The position numbers and the translations under genes were made by a program. The notes under the pieces were generated by a model. That model was not told where the DNA came from. It did no database searches and saw nothing but the letters and a program-made list of their open reading frames with translations. Shown piece by piece: positions 44,012-54,364 of a stretch of 64,000 nucleotides of DNA. Numbering within the stretch: the stretch's first letter is position 1; each line of letters begins with the position of its first letter. Source of the DNA: Rubricoccaceae bacterium (GTDB lineage: Bacteria; Bacteroidota; Rhodothermia; Rhodothermales; Rubricoccaceae); the NCBI GenBank assembly GCA_963789285.1, contig CAWBJZ010000002.1:422322-486321 (forward strand), given 5' to 3'.

Positions 44012-44794
44012 CTAGTCCCGGCCGCGGACGGCGGCGAACAGCGCGATCCCCGCCGCGACCGACGCGTTGAGGGACTCCGCCGGCCCCCGCATCGGGATCG
44101 AAACCAGGACATCGCACGCGCCGCGCACGCTGGGCCGCAAGCCGGCGCCCTCGTTGCCGATCACGATGGCGACGGGCCGGTCCCAGTCGTAGTCCCAGAC
44201 GGTCGCGGTCTCGACGCCCTCGGCGGCGTCGTCGGCCAGCCCGACCACCCAGTAGCCGCGCTCCTTGAGCTGGTGGAGCGCGTCGCCCAGGCTGGAGACG
44301 CGGGCGATGGGCAGAGCGAGCGCGGTGCCGGCGCTGGCCTTGACGGCGACGGCCGAGAGCGGGGCCATGCGGCGCTCGGGCACGACGGCCCCAGCGGCGC
44401 CCGCGGCGACGGCGCTCCTCAGGATGGCGCCGAAGTTGCGCGGGTCCTCGACCTCGTCGAGCACCATCAGCACCGGCTTGGTCTCGCGCACGGTGTCGAG
44501 GTCGGGCGCGACCTCGCTCAGCATGGCGTCGAGGTCGCGGTAGGCGACCGGGGCCACGACCGCGACCACGCCTTGGTGCTCGGCCTGGGGCGCCAGCCCG
44601 TCGATCTTGGGGCGGGGCACCATCTGGACCGGCACGCCCGCCGCCCGCGCCGCCCGGCGGATGCCGTCGATGGCGCTGCCGTGGACGCCGCGCTGGAAGT
44701 ACACCTTCTCGACGCGGCCGTCGGCGCGTTCCAGCGCCTCGCGGACGGGGTGGCGGCCGGCGAGGACGTCGGTGCGGGAATCGGAGCGGGCCAT
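44012..44794 (-). CDS. rlmB: 23S rRNA G2251 2'-O-methyltransferase
   Basis: HQGVVA, DPRNFGAILRS, GNEGAG, ESLNASVA. Confidence 0.92.
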   Translation of the reverse strand: MARSDSRTDVLAGRHPVREALERADGRVEKVYFQRGVHGSAIDGIRRAARAAGVPVQMVPRPKIDGLAPQAEHQGVVAVVAPVAYRDLDAMLSEVAPDLDTVRETKPVLMVLDEVEDPRNFGAILRSAVAAGAAGAVVPERRMAPLSAVAVKASAGTALALPIARVSSLGDALHQLKERGYWVVGLADDAAEGVETATVWDYDWDRPVAIVIGNEGAGLRPSVRGACDVLVSIPMRGPAESLNASVAAGIALFAAVRGRD

Positions 44795-45034
44795 CGGCGG
44801 GGAGGAGTCGGGACCGACAAGGTCCGTCCGACTGGCGGCGCGCGCGAGCGGGGTCGGGCGAGAAGGGCAAGGAGAATGCCGACGCCGCCCCGATCCGTTG
44901 TAGGGACACCGTGCAAGGCGTCCGACTGGCGACCGCGATGCGGACACCACGCGTGGCGTCCCCTACAGGCTGCCTCGTACCGGTCCAGGCGCGCCGCCAG
45001 CCGCAGCCCGCTGGCGGACACAATGAATCGTGCC

Positions 45035-46450
45035 CTACAAAGCCTCTCCCGCCAACTCGTCCAGCCGCGCCGCCAGTCGGGCGGTCCAGGACTCGTGCTC
45101 CGGCTTCATCAGCACGCTGCGGAGCACGCGCGCGGCGGGCGCGTCGGTCTCTAGGCCGGGGAAGCGGCGGGCCAGGCGCTCGGCGTCCAGGCGGTACAAG
45201 CTGACGAACACCGGGTCGTTCGGATCGTCCATGCCGGACTGGAAGACGCGGGCGCTCTGGGCGTCGATCTCGCTGACGGAGTCGGCCTCGGGCGCGTAGA
45301 CCACAATGTCGGTCTCGGGCGCCAGCACCGGCGCCAGATAGTCCGAGGCGTCGAGCGACTGGTGGAGGCCGCGGGCAGCGCGCAGACCGGCCGCCAGCAC
45401 CGCACCCAAGCCGTTGGGCGTGAGCGGGAGCACCTTCAGCGTCATCCACAGCGCGCCGGCGGCGGCGCCCGGCCGGGAGCACTCCAGGCTGATCTCGCCC
45501 AGGTGCAGCTGGTCCGACGTGAAGTAGGTGTAGGGCGAGTCGTGGACGTAGTGCCGACCGACGGCCGGGTCCCTGAACAGGACCGCGCCGCACCCGTAGG
45601 GCTGCAACCCATGCTTGTGCGGATCGACGACGACGGAGTCGGCGTCGGCGATGGCCTGGAAGTGCTGGCTTGGCAGACTCCCGACCCCTGCGGCTTCCGC
45701 TTGGCCCGGCGCCGAGAGCAGTCGGAAAAACCCGCCGTACGCCGCGTCGATGTGGATGCGGGCGCCGTGGTCGCGGCACAGCGGGATCGCGTCCGCCAAA
45801 GCGTCCACGGCGCCGAGTCCGGTCGTCGTCGCGGTCAGGACCACGGTCCCGACCTCGCCCTTGGCCAGTTCGTCCGCCAGCGCGTCGAGGTCGATGCGGC
45901 CCGCGTCGTCGGCGGCGACGGTGCGGCACTCGACGCCGAGGACGCCCGCCATCCGGCTGTGCGTGTAGTGCCCCTCCGCGCTGACGGCGATGGGCTTGCC
46001 GCCGGTCTCCTGCCGCGCCACCCACAGCGCCTCCAGGTTGGCGACGGTCCCTCCGCCGGTCAAGTGGCCGAGCGCGTCCGTCGGCATCCCCAGCATCGCG
46101 CCCAGGTCCGCGACCACCTCTTTCTCGAACGCCGACGTGGGCGGCCCGCCGTCGAGCGCGTGGTTGTTGGGGTTGATGCGTGCGGCGGCGGCGTAGGCGG
46201 CCAAGGCGACCGGGTGCGGAGGCTTGAGCATCTGGCCCGCGTAGCGGGGGTGCCCGAACGGGTACATCCCGGGCGTCTCCCCCCGAGGCGGCGCCGTCAT
46301 CCGTCCCAAATACTCCTCCAGCGCATCTCCGAGCGCGTCCTCGTCCACCGCCAGCGCGGCGTGGGGCTCGACCGCGCCCCACTGGCGCTCCCAGTCGGCG
46401 ACGCGGTTGAAGGCGGTGGTGACGAGGTCGAGGGGGTCGGGGTGCGTCAT
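45035..46450 (-). CDS. Group II PLP-dependent decarboxylase
   Basis: GGTVANLEAL, HIDAAYGG, VDPHKHG. Confidence 0.85.
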   Translation of the reverse strand: MTHPDPLDLVTTAFNRVADWERQWGAVEPHAALAVDEDALGDALEEYLGRMTAPPRGETPGMYPFGHPRYAGQMLKPPHPVALAAYAAAARINPNNHALDGGPPTSAFEKEVVADLGAMLGMPTDALGHLTGGGTVANLEALWVARQETGGKPIAVSAEGHYTHSRMAGVLGVECRTVAADDAGRIDLDALADELAKGEVGTVVLTATTTGLGAVDALADAIPLCRDHGARIHIDAAYGGFFRLLSAPGQAEAAGVGSLPSQHFQAIADADSVVVDPHKHGLQPYGCGAVLFRDPAVGRHYVHDSPYTYFTSDQLHLGEISLECSRPGAAAGALWMTLKVLPLTPNGLGAVLAAGLRAARGLHQSLDASDYLAPVLAPETDIVVYAPEADSVSEIDAQSARVFQSGMDDPNDPVFVSLYRLDAERLARRFPGLETDAPAARVLRSVLMKPEHESWTARLAARLDELAGEAL

Positions 46451-46511
46451 ACTTAGTGTCTCTGGTGGCACGCTCTCGCTTGCTTGTGGCTGTAGGAGCC
46501 ACTACGTCCCA

Positions 46512-46647
46512 CTCCCCCCGCTTCCGTGCCGGTCGCTAGCGCTCCCAGGCAAGAAAGCTGTCCCCCTCACGAGTGAGGGGGACAGTTTGGACGCGCGGTC
46601 TCGGCGTCATGGGCTCGCACAGACTAAGCGCGTCCAAACGGGGGGAG
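46512..46647. repeat. Multi-hairpin REP/MITE-like element, copy 1
   Basis: CTCCCCCCG...CGGGGGGAG ends; CTGTCCCCCTCAC-GA-GTGAGGGGGACAG palindrome; TTTGGACGCGC...GCGCGTCCAAA stem. Confidence 0.8.
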
Positions 46648-46664
46648 CAGCCCAGGCGGTGCGA

Positions 46665-47614
46665 CTAAGCAGCCACCGGCTCTTGTACGTCGTGGACCCG
46701 GCGCGTCGTGATCGCCAGTCCGACGAGGCCGGCGACGATGAAGCCAATGGAGATGATCTGCGACTGCGGCAGCCCGAACGCGGAGTCGGGGTTGACGCGG
46801 ATGAGCTCGATGATGAAGCGCTGGACGCCCGCGAAGACGGCGTAGAGCGAGATCAGCCAGCCCGCCTTGAACGGGTTCTTCCGCAGCGCCCACAGGACGC
46901 CCGCCAGCACGGCCGCCATCGCGAACTCGTAGAGCATCGTGGGGTAGACGCCCGTTGGGTTCGCCAAGGTGCACTCGGCGCCGCGCTCGAGCGCGTTGTA
47001 GGCCACGGGGTCCACGCCCAAGTGGTTGCGGGGGAACGTCTCGCTCCACAGAAAACCCGGGAGACCGGCCGGCTTCGCGTCCAGCGTCGAGCACACGCCC
47101 CAGTCGCCGTCGCCCGACAGGTAGCAGCCGATCCGCCCGATGCCATAGGCGAGCATCAGCCCCGGCGCGACGGAGTCGGCCAGGTGCGCGCGGTGGAGCC
47201 CTTGCTCTTGGCGTACCACAGGATGGCGACGGACGCCAGCAGGATGCCGCCGTAGACCGTCAGCCCCGAGCCCGAGAAGAACATCCCCGCCGGGTTGGCG
47301 ACGAACTCGTCCCAGTAGTCGATGATGTGGAACAGCTTGGCGCCGAGCACGCCGAAGATCGCCGCCAGCAGGGCCATGTTCCACAGCAGCTCCGACGGAC
47401 TCACCTGCGCCACCTTCTCCCGCCCCTTGGCGTCCTTGATCTTGGCCTTGACCGAGCTCACCCAACCGAGGGCGTAGCGGCGGTCGAGCTCGATCTTGGT
47501 CAGCGCCGTCGCCGTCATGATGGCCAGCGCCACCATCAGCCCGAACGAGTAGAGCGGGACCGGCAGCTCGAAGCCGAGGAGGTCCTGCGTGAGGTCGCTG
47601 ATCTTGGGGTACAT
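46665..47614 (-). CDS. lgt: Prolipoprotein diacylglyceryl transferase, frameshift near 47200
   Basis: YSFGLM, GAKLFH, GLTVYGG, then in the shifted frame GRIGCYLSGDGDWG, YPTMLYE, RFIIELIR. Confidence 0.88.
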
Positions 47615-47638
47615 GGCGCCGGGTGGGTACGGTGGAAG

Positions 47639-48949
47639 CTAGCCGCGAACGCCCGGGGCCCCGGCGTCGCGCGCGAGCCGGACCGCCAGCTCGGCGATGG
47701 GGACGGCGCGCTGCTCGCTCGCGCCGAGGTCGCGGACCTGCGCCTGGCCGGACGCCAGCTCGTCGTCGCCGATCACGACGGCGGCGCGCGCGCCCGAGCG
47801 GTCGGCGGCCTTCATCTGCGCCTTCATCGACCGCCCGCCCAGCGCGAAGTCCACGGCCAGGCCCGACTGGCGCAAGGTTTGGGCGATGCCGAAGCCGGCG
47901 GTCTCTGCGGCGTCGCCCAGGCAGACCATGAACACGTCCGGCGCGGACGCCGTCGGCAGCTCGATGCCGGCCGCGTCGAGCGCGATGAACAGCCGCTCGA
48001 AGCCCGCCGCGTAGCCGACGGCCGGGATCGGGTTCTTGGCGCCGACATCCTCCGCCAGTCCGTCGTAGCGTCCGCCGGCGGCGAGCGCGCCCTGGGCACC
48101 GAGCGCGTCGGACTCCAACTCGAAGACCGTCCGCGTGTAGTAGTCCAGGCCGCGCACCAGCAAGGGATCCTCGACGTAGGGCACGCCCAGGCCGTCGAGC
48201 AGCGCCTTGACGCGGTCGTGGTGCTGGCGGGCGTCGTCGCCCAGGAAGTCGGTGATCTGGGGCGCGTCCGCCAGTAGGGCGCGCTCGTCCGGGTTCTTGG
48301 TGTCCAGGATGCGGAGCGGGTTCGTCTCCAGGCGCTGGCGGCTGGTATCGGAGAGCCGGTCGGCGTGCGGGGCGAAGTAGTCGCGGAGCGCCTGGCGGAA
48401 GGCGGGGCGGTCGGCGGCGTCACCCAGGGAGTTGAGGCGGAGCCGGGTGCCGGTGATGCCGAAGCCGTCGTAGACCGCGCGCAAGTTGGCGATGACCTCG
48501 GCGTCGGCCCGGGGGTCGTCGCTGCCGATCAGCTCCGTCCCGAACTGGTGGAACTGGCGGAAGCGGCCCTTCTGCGGACGCTCGGCGCGGAAGCAGGCGC
48601 CGACGTAGAACAGCCGCTGAGCGCCGCCGCGCTGGCTCAGCGTGTGCTGGAGGTAGGCGCGCATGACGGGCGCCGTGACCTCGGGCCGGAGCACGTACGC
48701 CTCCTTCGAGCGCTCGACGACGAACATCTCCTTGCTCACGATGTCGGTCGTCGCGCCGACGCCGCGCGCCACCAGCTCCAGCGGCTCCAGGACCGGCGTC
48801 CGGATCTCCTCGAACGCGAACCGCGCCATTACGCCCCGGACGGCGTCCTCGGCCCAGCGCCACGCCGGCGTGCCGGGGATCTCGGAGCCGCCCGTCGAGT
48901 GGGGGTCCGGCAGGACGTCGAAGGTGCCGCGGATGGTCTGGAAGGACAT
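47639..48949 (-). CDS. hisS: Histidyl-tRNA synthetase
   Basis: LRPEVTA, FRAERPQKGRFRQF, LVRGLDYY, GGRYDGL. Confidence 0.97.
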   Translation of the reverse strand: MSFQTIRGTFDVLPDPHSTGGSEIPGTPAWRWAEDAVRGVMARFAFEEIRTPVLEPLELVARGVGATTDIVSKEMFVVERSKEAYVLRPEVTAPVMRAYLQHTLSQRGGAQRLFYVGACFRAERPQKGRFRQFHQFGTELIGSDDPRADAEVIANLRAVYDGFGITGTRLRLNSLGDAADRPAFRQALRDYFAPHADRLSDTSRQRLETNPLRILDTKNPDERALLADAPQITDFLGDDARQHHDRVKALLDGLGVPYVEDPLLVRGLDYYTRTVFELESDALGAQGALAAGGRYDGLAEDVGAKNPIPAVGYAAGFERLFIALDAAGIELPTASAPDVFMVCLGDAAETAGFGIAQTLRQSGLAVDFALGGRSMKAQMKAADRSGARAAVVIGDDELASGQAQVRDLGASEQRAVPIAELAVRLARDAGAPGVRG

Positions 48950-49020
48950 GGCGTCGGGTGGGGACCGCGGCCAACATCCCGCCGGCCGCGCTTGCGGGCT
49001 GCGCGCCTTGTGCGAAAAGC

Positions 49021-49488
49021 CTACAGCGCGCGCTCGGCTTGCGCCAGCACCGCGACCGCGGCCTCCGGGGACTGGGCGCCGCCGAGCGACTGGCGGACGC
49101 CGTCGGCGACCAGCAGGCGCGAGACGTGGGCCAGGGTGCGGACGCGGGCCCGGGCGTCGCCCTCGGGCCCGGCCAGCAGGACCACCAGATCGACGGGCCG
49201 GCCGTCGAGCGCGTCCCACTCCACGGGCGGGCGGAAGGTGGCGACGGCGAGCACGGTCCCGGTCACGGACGCGGTCCAGGCGTGGGGCAGCGCGACGCCC
49301 TCCCCCACCCCGGTCGTCATCCGGGCCTCGCGCGCCAGCAGCGCCGCCGCCAGCCGCTCGTGGTCCTCGACCGCGTCGGAGCCGGCCGCCAGCCGGGCGA
49401 GGTCCTGGATCGCCTGCTCCCGGGACGCCGCCTCCAGCCCGATGCCGACCTGGGACGGCGGGAGTCGGTCGGCGAGCGTGATGGGCAT
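49021..49488 (-). CDS. PTS sugar/nitrogen IIA domain protein
   Basis: RE...TTGVGEGVALPHA, DGRPVDLVVLL. Confidence 0.85.
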   Translation of the reverse strand: MPITLADRLPPSQVGIGLEAASREQAIQDLARLAAGSDAVEDHERLAAALLAREARMTTGVGEGVALPHAWTASVTGTVLAVATFRPPVEWDALDGRPVDLVVLLAGPEGDARARVRTLAHVSRLLVADGVRQSLGGAQSPEAAVAVLAQAERAL

Positions 49489-49580
49489 GGGCGGGCGGTG
49501 GCGTGGTGGAAGGTACCGAGCGGCTGAGCGCTTCCTTCCCACTGGCGGCGGCGGGTGCAACTAGTCGCTTGTCCGGAACG

Positions 49581-49710
49581 CTCCCCCCGCCAATCACCCA
49601 TCGCTACGCTCAAGGGACGATTGACTGTCCCCCTCACAAGTGAGGGGGACAGTCTGAGCGCCCGCTGAGAGACGACGCAGTCGGCGCGATGGGCGCTCGG
49701 ACGGGGGGAG
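49581..49710. repeat. Multi-hairpin REP/MITE-like element, copy 2
   Basis: Same ends and central palindrome (loop AA); GTCTGAGCGCCC...GGGCGCTCGGAC stem. Confidence 0.8.
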
Positions 49711-49729
49711 CCGGCTCCCCACTCGCCAG

Positions 49730-50812
49730 CTACTGGCGGCCGGCGCCCTCGACGGTTCTCAGGCGGTCCACGGCCCAGGCCATGTCGTCGGGCATCGGGG
49801 CCTCGAAGTGCACCTCCTCGCCGGTCTCGGGGTGCGTGAACCCCAACGTCGCCGCGTGCAGCGCTTGGCGCGGGCCCAGCCGCTTGAACAGGTTCGAGAT
49901 GAACGCCTTGCGCGAGCCCTCCGCCGCGCCGTAGACGATCCGGTCTCCGCCGTACGTCGTGTCGCCGAAGATGGGGTGGCCGATGAAGGCGGCGTGGACG
50001 CGGATCTGGTGCGTCCGCCCGGTCTCGAGCTGGAAGCGGACCAGCGCCGTCGTCCCGAACTCCTCGACGGTTTGGTAGTTGGTCGCCGCCCACTTCCCCT
50101 CGTCGTCCGGTCGGACGGCCATCTTCTTGCGGTCGCGCGGGCTCCGGCCCAGCCAGCCCTCGACGCGGCCGTCGCCGGGCTCGCCCCACACCAGCGCGAG
50201 GTAACGGCGGCGGATCGTCCGACTGGCGAACTGCTTGCCCAGGTGCGCGGCAGCCACGTCGGTCTTGGCGACCACCATCAGCCCGGTCGTGTCCTTGTCC
50301 AGCCGGTGCACCAGCCCGGGGCGGACCGTCGGGTCGCCGTCGTAGCGGGGCCCGGCCGTGGCCGTCGCCAGTCCCAAGTCGTCGTCGTCGGTGTCGTCCA
50401 CGTCCTCGGCGCTGAGCGGGCCGGCGCCGACGTGGTGCAGCAGGGCGTTGATCAGGGTCCCCGAGCGGTGGCCGTAGGCCGGGTGCACGACCATCCCGGC
50501 CGGCTTGACGACGACCAGGAGCGCGTCGTCCTCGTAGACGACCTCGATGGGGATGTCCTCGGGGACGATGTCGATGGGCGGGGGCCGGAGCACCCGGCAG
50601 ACGATCCGGTCGCCAGGCTGGACCGGCGCCGAGACCTTCGCGGCGGGCTCGCCGTTGACCTCGACGCGGCCCTCCTTGATCGCCTTCTGCACCTTGGACC
50701 GCGTCGCGTTGGCGGTCTTGTCGGTGATGTACACGTCGAGCCGCACCGGCGCCTGGCCGGGCGGGACGTCCAGCTCGATCTCGACCTCGATGGGATCGGG
50801 CTCGTTGCTCAC
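49730..50812 (-). CDS. rluD: RluA-family 23S rRNA pseudouridine synthase with S4 domain
   Basis: RLDVY, KPAGMVVHP, VHRLDKDTTG, TGRTHQIRVH; GTG start overlaps the upstream stop. Confidence 0.88.
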   Translation of the reverse strand: MSNEPDPIEVEIELDVPPGQAPVRLDVYITDKTANATRSKVQKAIKEGRVEVNGEPAAKVSAPVQPGDRIVCRVLRPPPIDIVPEDIPIEVVYEDDALLVVVKPAGMVVHPAYGHRSGTLINALLHHVGAGPLSAEDVDDTDDDDLGLATATAGPRYDGDPTVRPGLVHRLDKDTTGLMVVAKTDVAAAHLGKQFASRTIRRRYLALVWGEPGDGRVEGWLGRSPRDRKKMAVRPDDEGKWAATNYQTVEEFGTTALVRFQLETGRTHQIRVHAAFIGHPIFGDTTYGGDRIVYGAAEGSRKAFISNLFKRLGPRQALHAATLGFTHPETGEEVHFEAPMPDDMAWAVDRLRTVEGAGRQ

Positions 50813-51940
50813 GCGGCGACCCCGGCGAGGACGTCGAGGGCCTGGTCGATCTCTTGCGGCCGGGTGTGCGCGTGGGGCGCGAACCGCAGCAGCCGGCTCC
50901 GCATGGACATGGCGACGCCCGCTTGCGCCAGCCGCTGATGCGTCGCCTCGGGGTCGTCGGCGCGGACGGCGACGATGCCGGACCGGGGCTCGCCGGGCGC
51001 CCCGTAGCGCTCGAAGCCCGAGCCGGTCGAGACCGTCCGCCAGTCGGGCGGCGTTGCCCAAGACGGCGGCCTCGACGTGCTCCGGCCCCAGCTCCAGCAT
51101 GGCGCCGAGCGCGGCGTCGAGCGCGTAGAGCTGGGCCGTCGGGAAGGTGCCGGTGTGGAAGCGCGTGGCGTCGGGGTGCACCTCGCCGGTCGTCGCCTCG
51201 AAGTCGTCCCAATCGACGGGCCCGTTAAGCCAGCCGATGGCCGGCGACAGCCGCTCCATCATCCGGTCGCTCACGACCGCGAACCCCGCGCCCTGCATCG
51301 ACCCCAGCCACTTGTGGCCGCCGACCGCCAGCAGGTCGATGCCCAGCGCGCCGACGTCGATCCGGACTGCGCCGACGGCCTGGATCCCGTCCACGACGAA
51401 GAGCACGTCGCGCTGGCGGCACAGATCCGCCAGCGCGGCGAGGTCGGCGCGGAAGCCGGACAGGAACTGGACCGCGGAGACGGCGAGGACGCGCGTCCGG
51501 GACGTCAGCGTGGCGGCGACGTCGTCCACGGCGAACGTCCCGTCGCGGTGCGGGACCACGTCGGTGGCGACGCCGAGGCGCGCCAAGTCTCGCCAGGGCA
51601 ACAGGTTGGCCGGGAACTCGCAGCCCGGCACGGCCACGCGGTCGCCCGGCTGCCAGTCGAGCCCGTACGCCACCAGCCCCAGGCCGGCCGAGGTGTGAGG
51701 AACGACGCAGACGGCCTCGGCCTCGGCGCCCACCAGTCGCGCGGCGCGCTGGCGGGCGCGGTCGGCGCGGGCCAAGTCGGTGGGGTAGTTGTTGGGCGAG
51801 CGGTCCGGGACGCGGCCGGCGCGGCCGGCCAGGTAGTCGCTGGCGGCGCCCAACGTGTGCGAGCCCAGCACGCCCGTCGCGGCGTGGTCCAGGTAGACGC
51901 CGGGCGGGGAGAACAGCGCGCGGTAAGCGTCGAGGGTCAC
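50809..51940 (-). CDS. Class V aminotransferase (cysteine desulfurase/epimerase-like), frameshift near 51010
   Basis: YLDHAATG, EFPAN, DGIQAVG, GGHKWL; C-terminal GIVAV...LRFAPHAH in another frame. Confidence 0.8.
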
Positions 51941-51942
51941 GG

Positions 51943-53073
51943 CTAGACGTCCTCCTGCAACCGCTCCTGCCGCTCCGACTCCGACTCCTCGGCCTTGAAC
52001 TCTTGCGCGTCCTCGATGACCTCGGCCGCCTCGTCCTGGTCACCCTCCTCGGCGTCCAAGCCCTTCTGGAGCGGCATCACGCCGGGGTCGATCTCGAGCT
52101 CGATCAACATCGGGAAGTGGTCGCTGCCGACGTTGTTCAGCCGGCGGAGGTGGACGAGCGCGAAGTGCTCCGAGTGGAACACGTGGTCGAGCGGGTAGCG
52201 GAGGTACCAGTGGTCGGCGTGGAACGTCGAGAACGTCCCGCGGCCCACGCGGGGGTCGAGCAGGCCGGAGAGCTTCTGAAACAGCGTCGTGGACCGGCTC
52301 CAGGCCACGTCGTTGAGGTCGCCGGCGACGACGACGGGGCGGTCGATGGTCGCCACGTCGCGGCCGGCCAAGACGAGCTCGGCGTCGCGCAGGTCGGAGT
52401 CCTGCTGGATGTCGGGGCGCGGCGGGCGCGGGTGCAGGAACACCAGCGAGACCTCGTCGCCGGAGCGGAGGCGCGCGACCAGGTTCAGGCTCGGGACCTC
52501 GGGCTCGACCAGGTGCCGGACCTCGACCGACACCAGCTCCAGCTTCGAGTACACGCACATCCCGTACGTGTCGTCCTGAGGCAGCTCCACGGTGTGCGGG
52601 TGCGTCTCCTTGAGCACGCTCGCGGTCTCGGCCCACCAGGCGTCGGTCTCGACGGCCACCACGACGTCGGGGTCGGCCTCGCGGACCGTCTCCAGCCACA
52701 GCTCGCCTTGGCGGTTGGTCATCAGCACGTTCGAGACCATCAGCCGCAAGCGGCGCTCGGGCGCGGCGATGGCCGGGTCGGCGAGCAGCGTCTGGACCTT
52801 GTGGAGCGGGGTGTACGGCCACATCCGCAACGCCTGGTACACCGCCGCGACCGCCAGCGCGGCGAAGATCCCCCACGTCCACCGGCCCGGGTCGCCGCGC
52901 CACACCTCCAGGACGCCGTAGAGGGCGAGCGTGACGAGCGCCGCGATGGTGAGCTGGAGCCGGGGGAAGTCCCACATCCGGATCCACCACTCCCCCGACC
53001 GGAACAGCGGCAGCACCGTCACGACCACGAGGATCACGGCGAGGGCGGACAAGGCGAAGCTGGCGACGGCCAC
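51943..53073 (-). CDS. Membrane-anchored endonuclease/exonuclease/phosphatase family protein
   Basis: N-terminal TM segments, SNVL, AGDLND, LDHVF, GSDHFP; start uncertain. Confidence 0.85.
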   Translation of the reverse strand: MAVASFALSALAVILVVVTVLPLFRSGEWWIRMWDFPRLQLTIAALVTLALYGVLEVWRGDPGRWTWGIFAALAVAAVYQALRMWPYTPLHKVQTLLADPAIAAPERRLRLMVSNVLMTNRQGELWLETVREADPDVVVAVETDAWWAETASVLKETHPHTVELPQDDTYGMCVYSKLELVSVEVRHLVEPEVPSLNLVARLRSGDEVSLVFLHPRPPRPDIQQDSDLRDAELVLAGRDVATIDRPVVVAGDLNDVAWSRSTTLFQKLSGLLDPRVGRGTFSTFHADHWYLRYPLDHVFHSEHFALVHLRRLNNVGSDHFPMLIELEIDPGVMPLQKGLDAEEGDQDEAAEVIEDAQEFKAEESESERQERLQEDV

Positions 53074-53131
53074 AGGCGGGGTAGGGAGATCCCGGACAAC
53101 GGCGCGCCGAGGCCTGCCGTTCCTCCGGCGT

Positions 53132-54278
53132 CTAGGCGCGGAAAAACTGCTTCCCGGCCAGCTGGCGGACCAGCCCGCGGAACTCGAGCTGCAACAGGTA
53201 CACCAGCGCCGACGGCGCGTCGACCTCGGCACGGGCGCAGACGGTGTCGAGCGGCAAGGGCGCCTCGCCCAGCACGTCGTACAGCTTTCTCTCGACGGTG
53301 TTGAGGTCGGGCGGAGGCGGGGCGGGCTGCGCCGCGGGCTCGCCGCCGGTATGCGGCGCGACGACGGCGAGCACGTCGGCGGCGCGTGCCGCCAGCCCGG
53401 CGGCGCCGTCTCGTAGCAGGCGGTGCGTGCCCTGGGCGGGCGCGAAGACCGAGCCCGGCACGGCGAACACCTCGCGGTTCTGCTCCAGCGCGATCGACGC
53501 CGTCAGCATGGCCCCGCCCTTCTCGTGCGCCTCGGCGACGACGGTCGCCAGGCTCATGCCGGAGACGATCCGGTTGCGGCGGGGGAAGTTGGTGGCGTCC
53601 GGCGCGGCGCCCAAGGGGAACTCGGAGACGACGGCGCCCAGGTCGCGCTCCAGGATCTCGCGCACGACCGGCGCGTGGCGCGACGGGTAGACGTGGTCCA
53701 CGCCCGAGCCCAGGACGGCGACGGTCCGCCCGCCGGCGGCCAGGGCACCGCGGTGGGCGGCCACGTCGATGCCGTAGGCCAGCCCGCTCACGACGGTCAC
53801 CCCAGCGGCGCTCAACTCGCCCGCCCACTCCCCGGCCACGCGCCGGCCGTAGTCGCTCGCGCGCCGCGTCCCGACGATGGCGACGGCGCGGTCGTCCTGC
53901 TCGGTCAGCTGGCCGCGGACCCACAGGAACGCCGGCGGGTCGTAGATCTCGCGCAGCAGCGGCGGGTACTCGTCGTCGGCGAGCGCCACCAGCCGGGCGC
54001 CGACCGCGTCGGCGCGCGCGAACTGGCGGTCGACGGCGGCCGAGTCGTCCCAGGCCCGGATGGCGGCGGCGGTCTGGCGCCCGATGCCCTCGACGCGGAC
54101 CAGCTGCGACACCGGCGCCCGCATCACTGCACTCGCGCGTCCCCAGCGTCGCCAACAGGGCGCGGACCCGGCCCGGCCCGATGCCGGCCACCAGCGACAG
54201 CGCCACCAGGGCGCGGCGCTCGTGCTCGGCGTCGGGCGGAGCGCTGGGGTCGGAGGTCTGCGCGAACAGGTCGGCCAT
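53132..54278 (-). CDS. dprA: DNA-processing protein DprA, frameshift near 54130
   Basis: N-terminal LVAGIGP in one frame; AIVGTR, VSGLAYGID, FPRRNRIVSG, REVFAVPG in the next. Confidence 0.9.
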
Positions 54279-54364
54279 GCCGCAACCTAGCGACGCCGGC
54301 CCAGCCGCTGGCGGCGTCTCAGGCGGTGCCGACGGGCGCCGCCAGTGGGAGGGCGAACCGTCGG

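Noticed and set aside
49730-51940. Apparent 736-aa aminotransferase-pseudouridine synthase fusion
   Set aside because: The linker is out-of-frame sequence; a frameshift near 51010 joins two separate genes that overlap by GTGA at 50809-50812.
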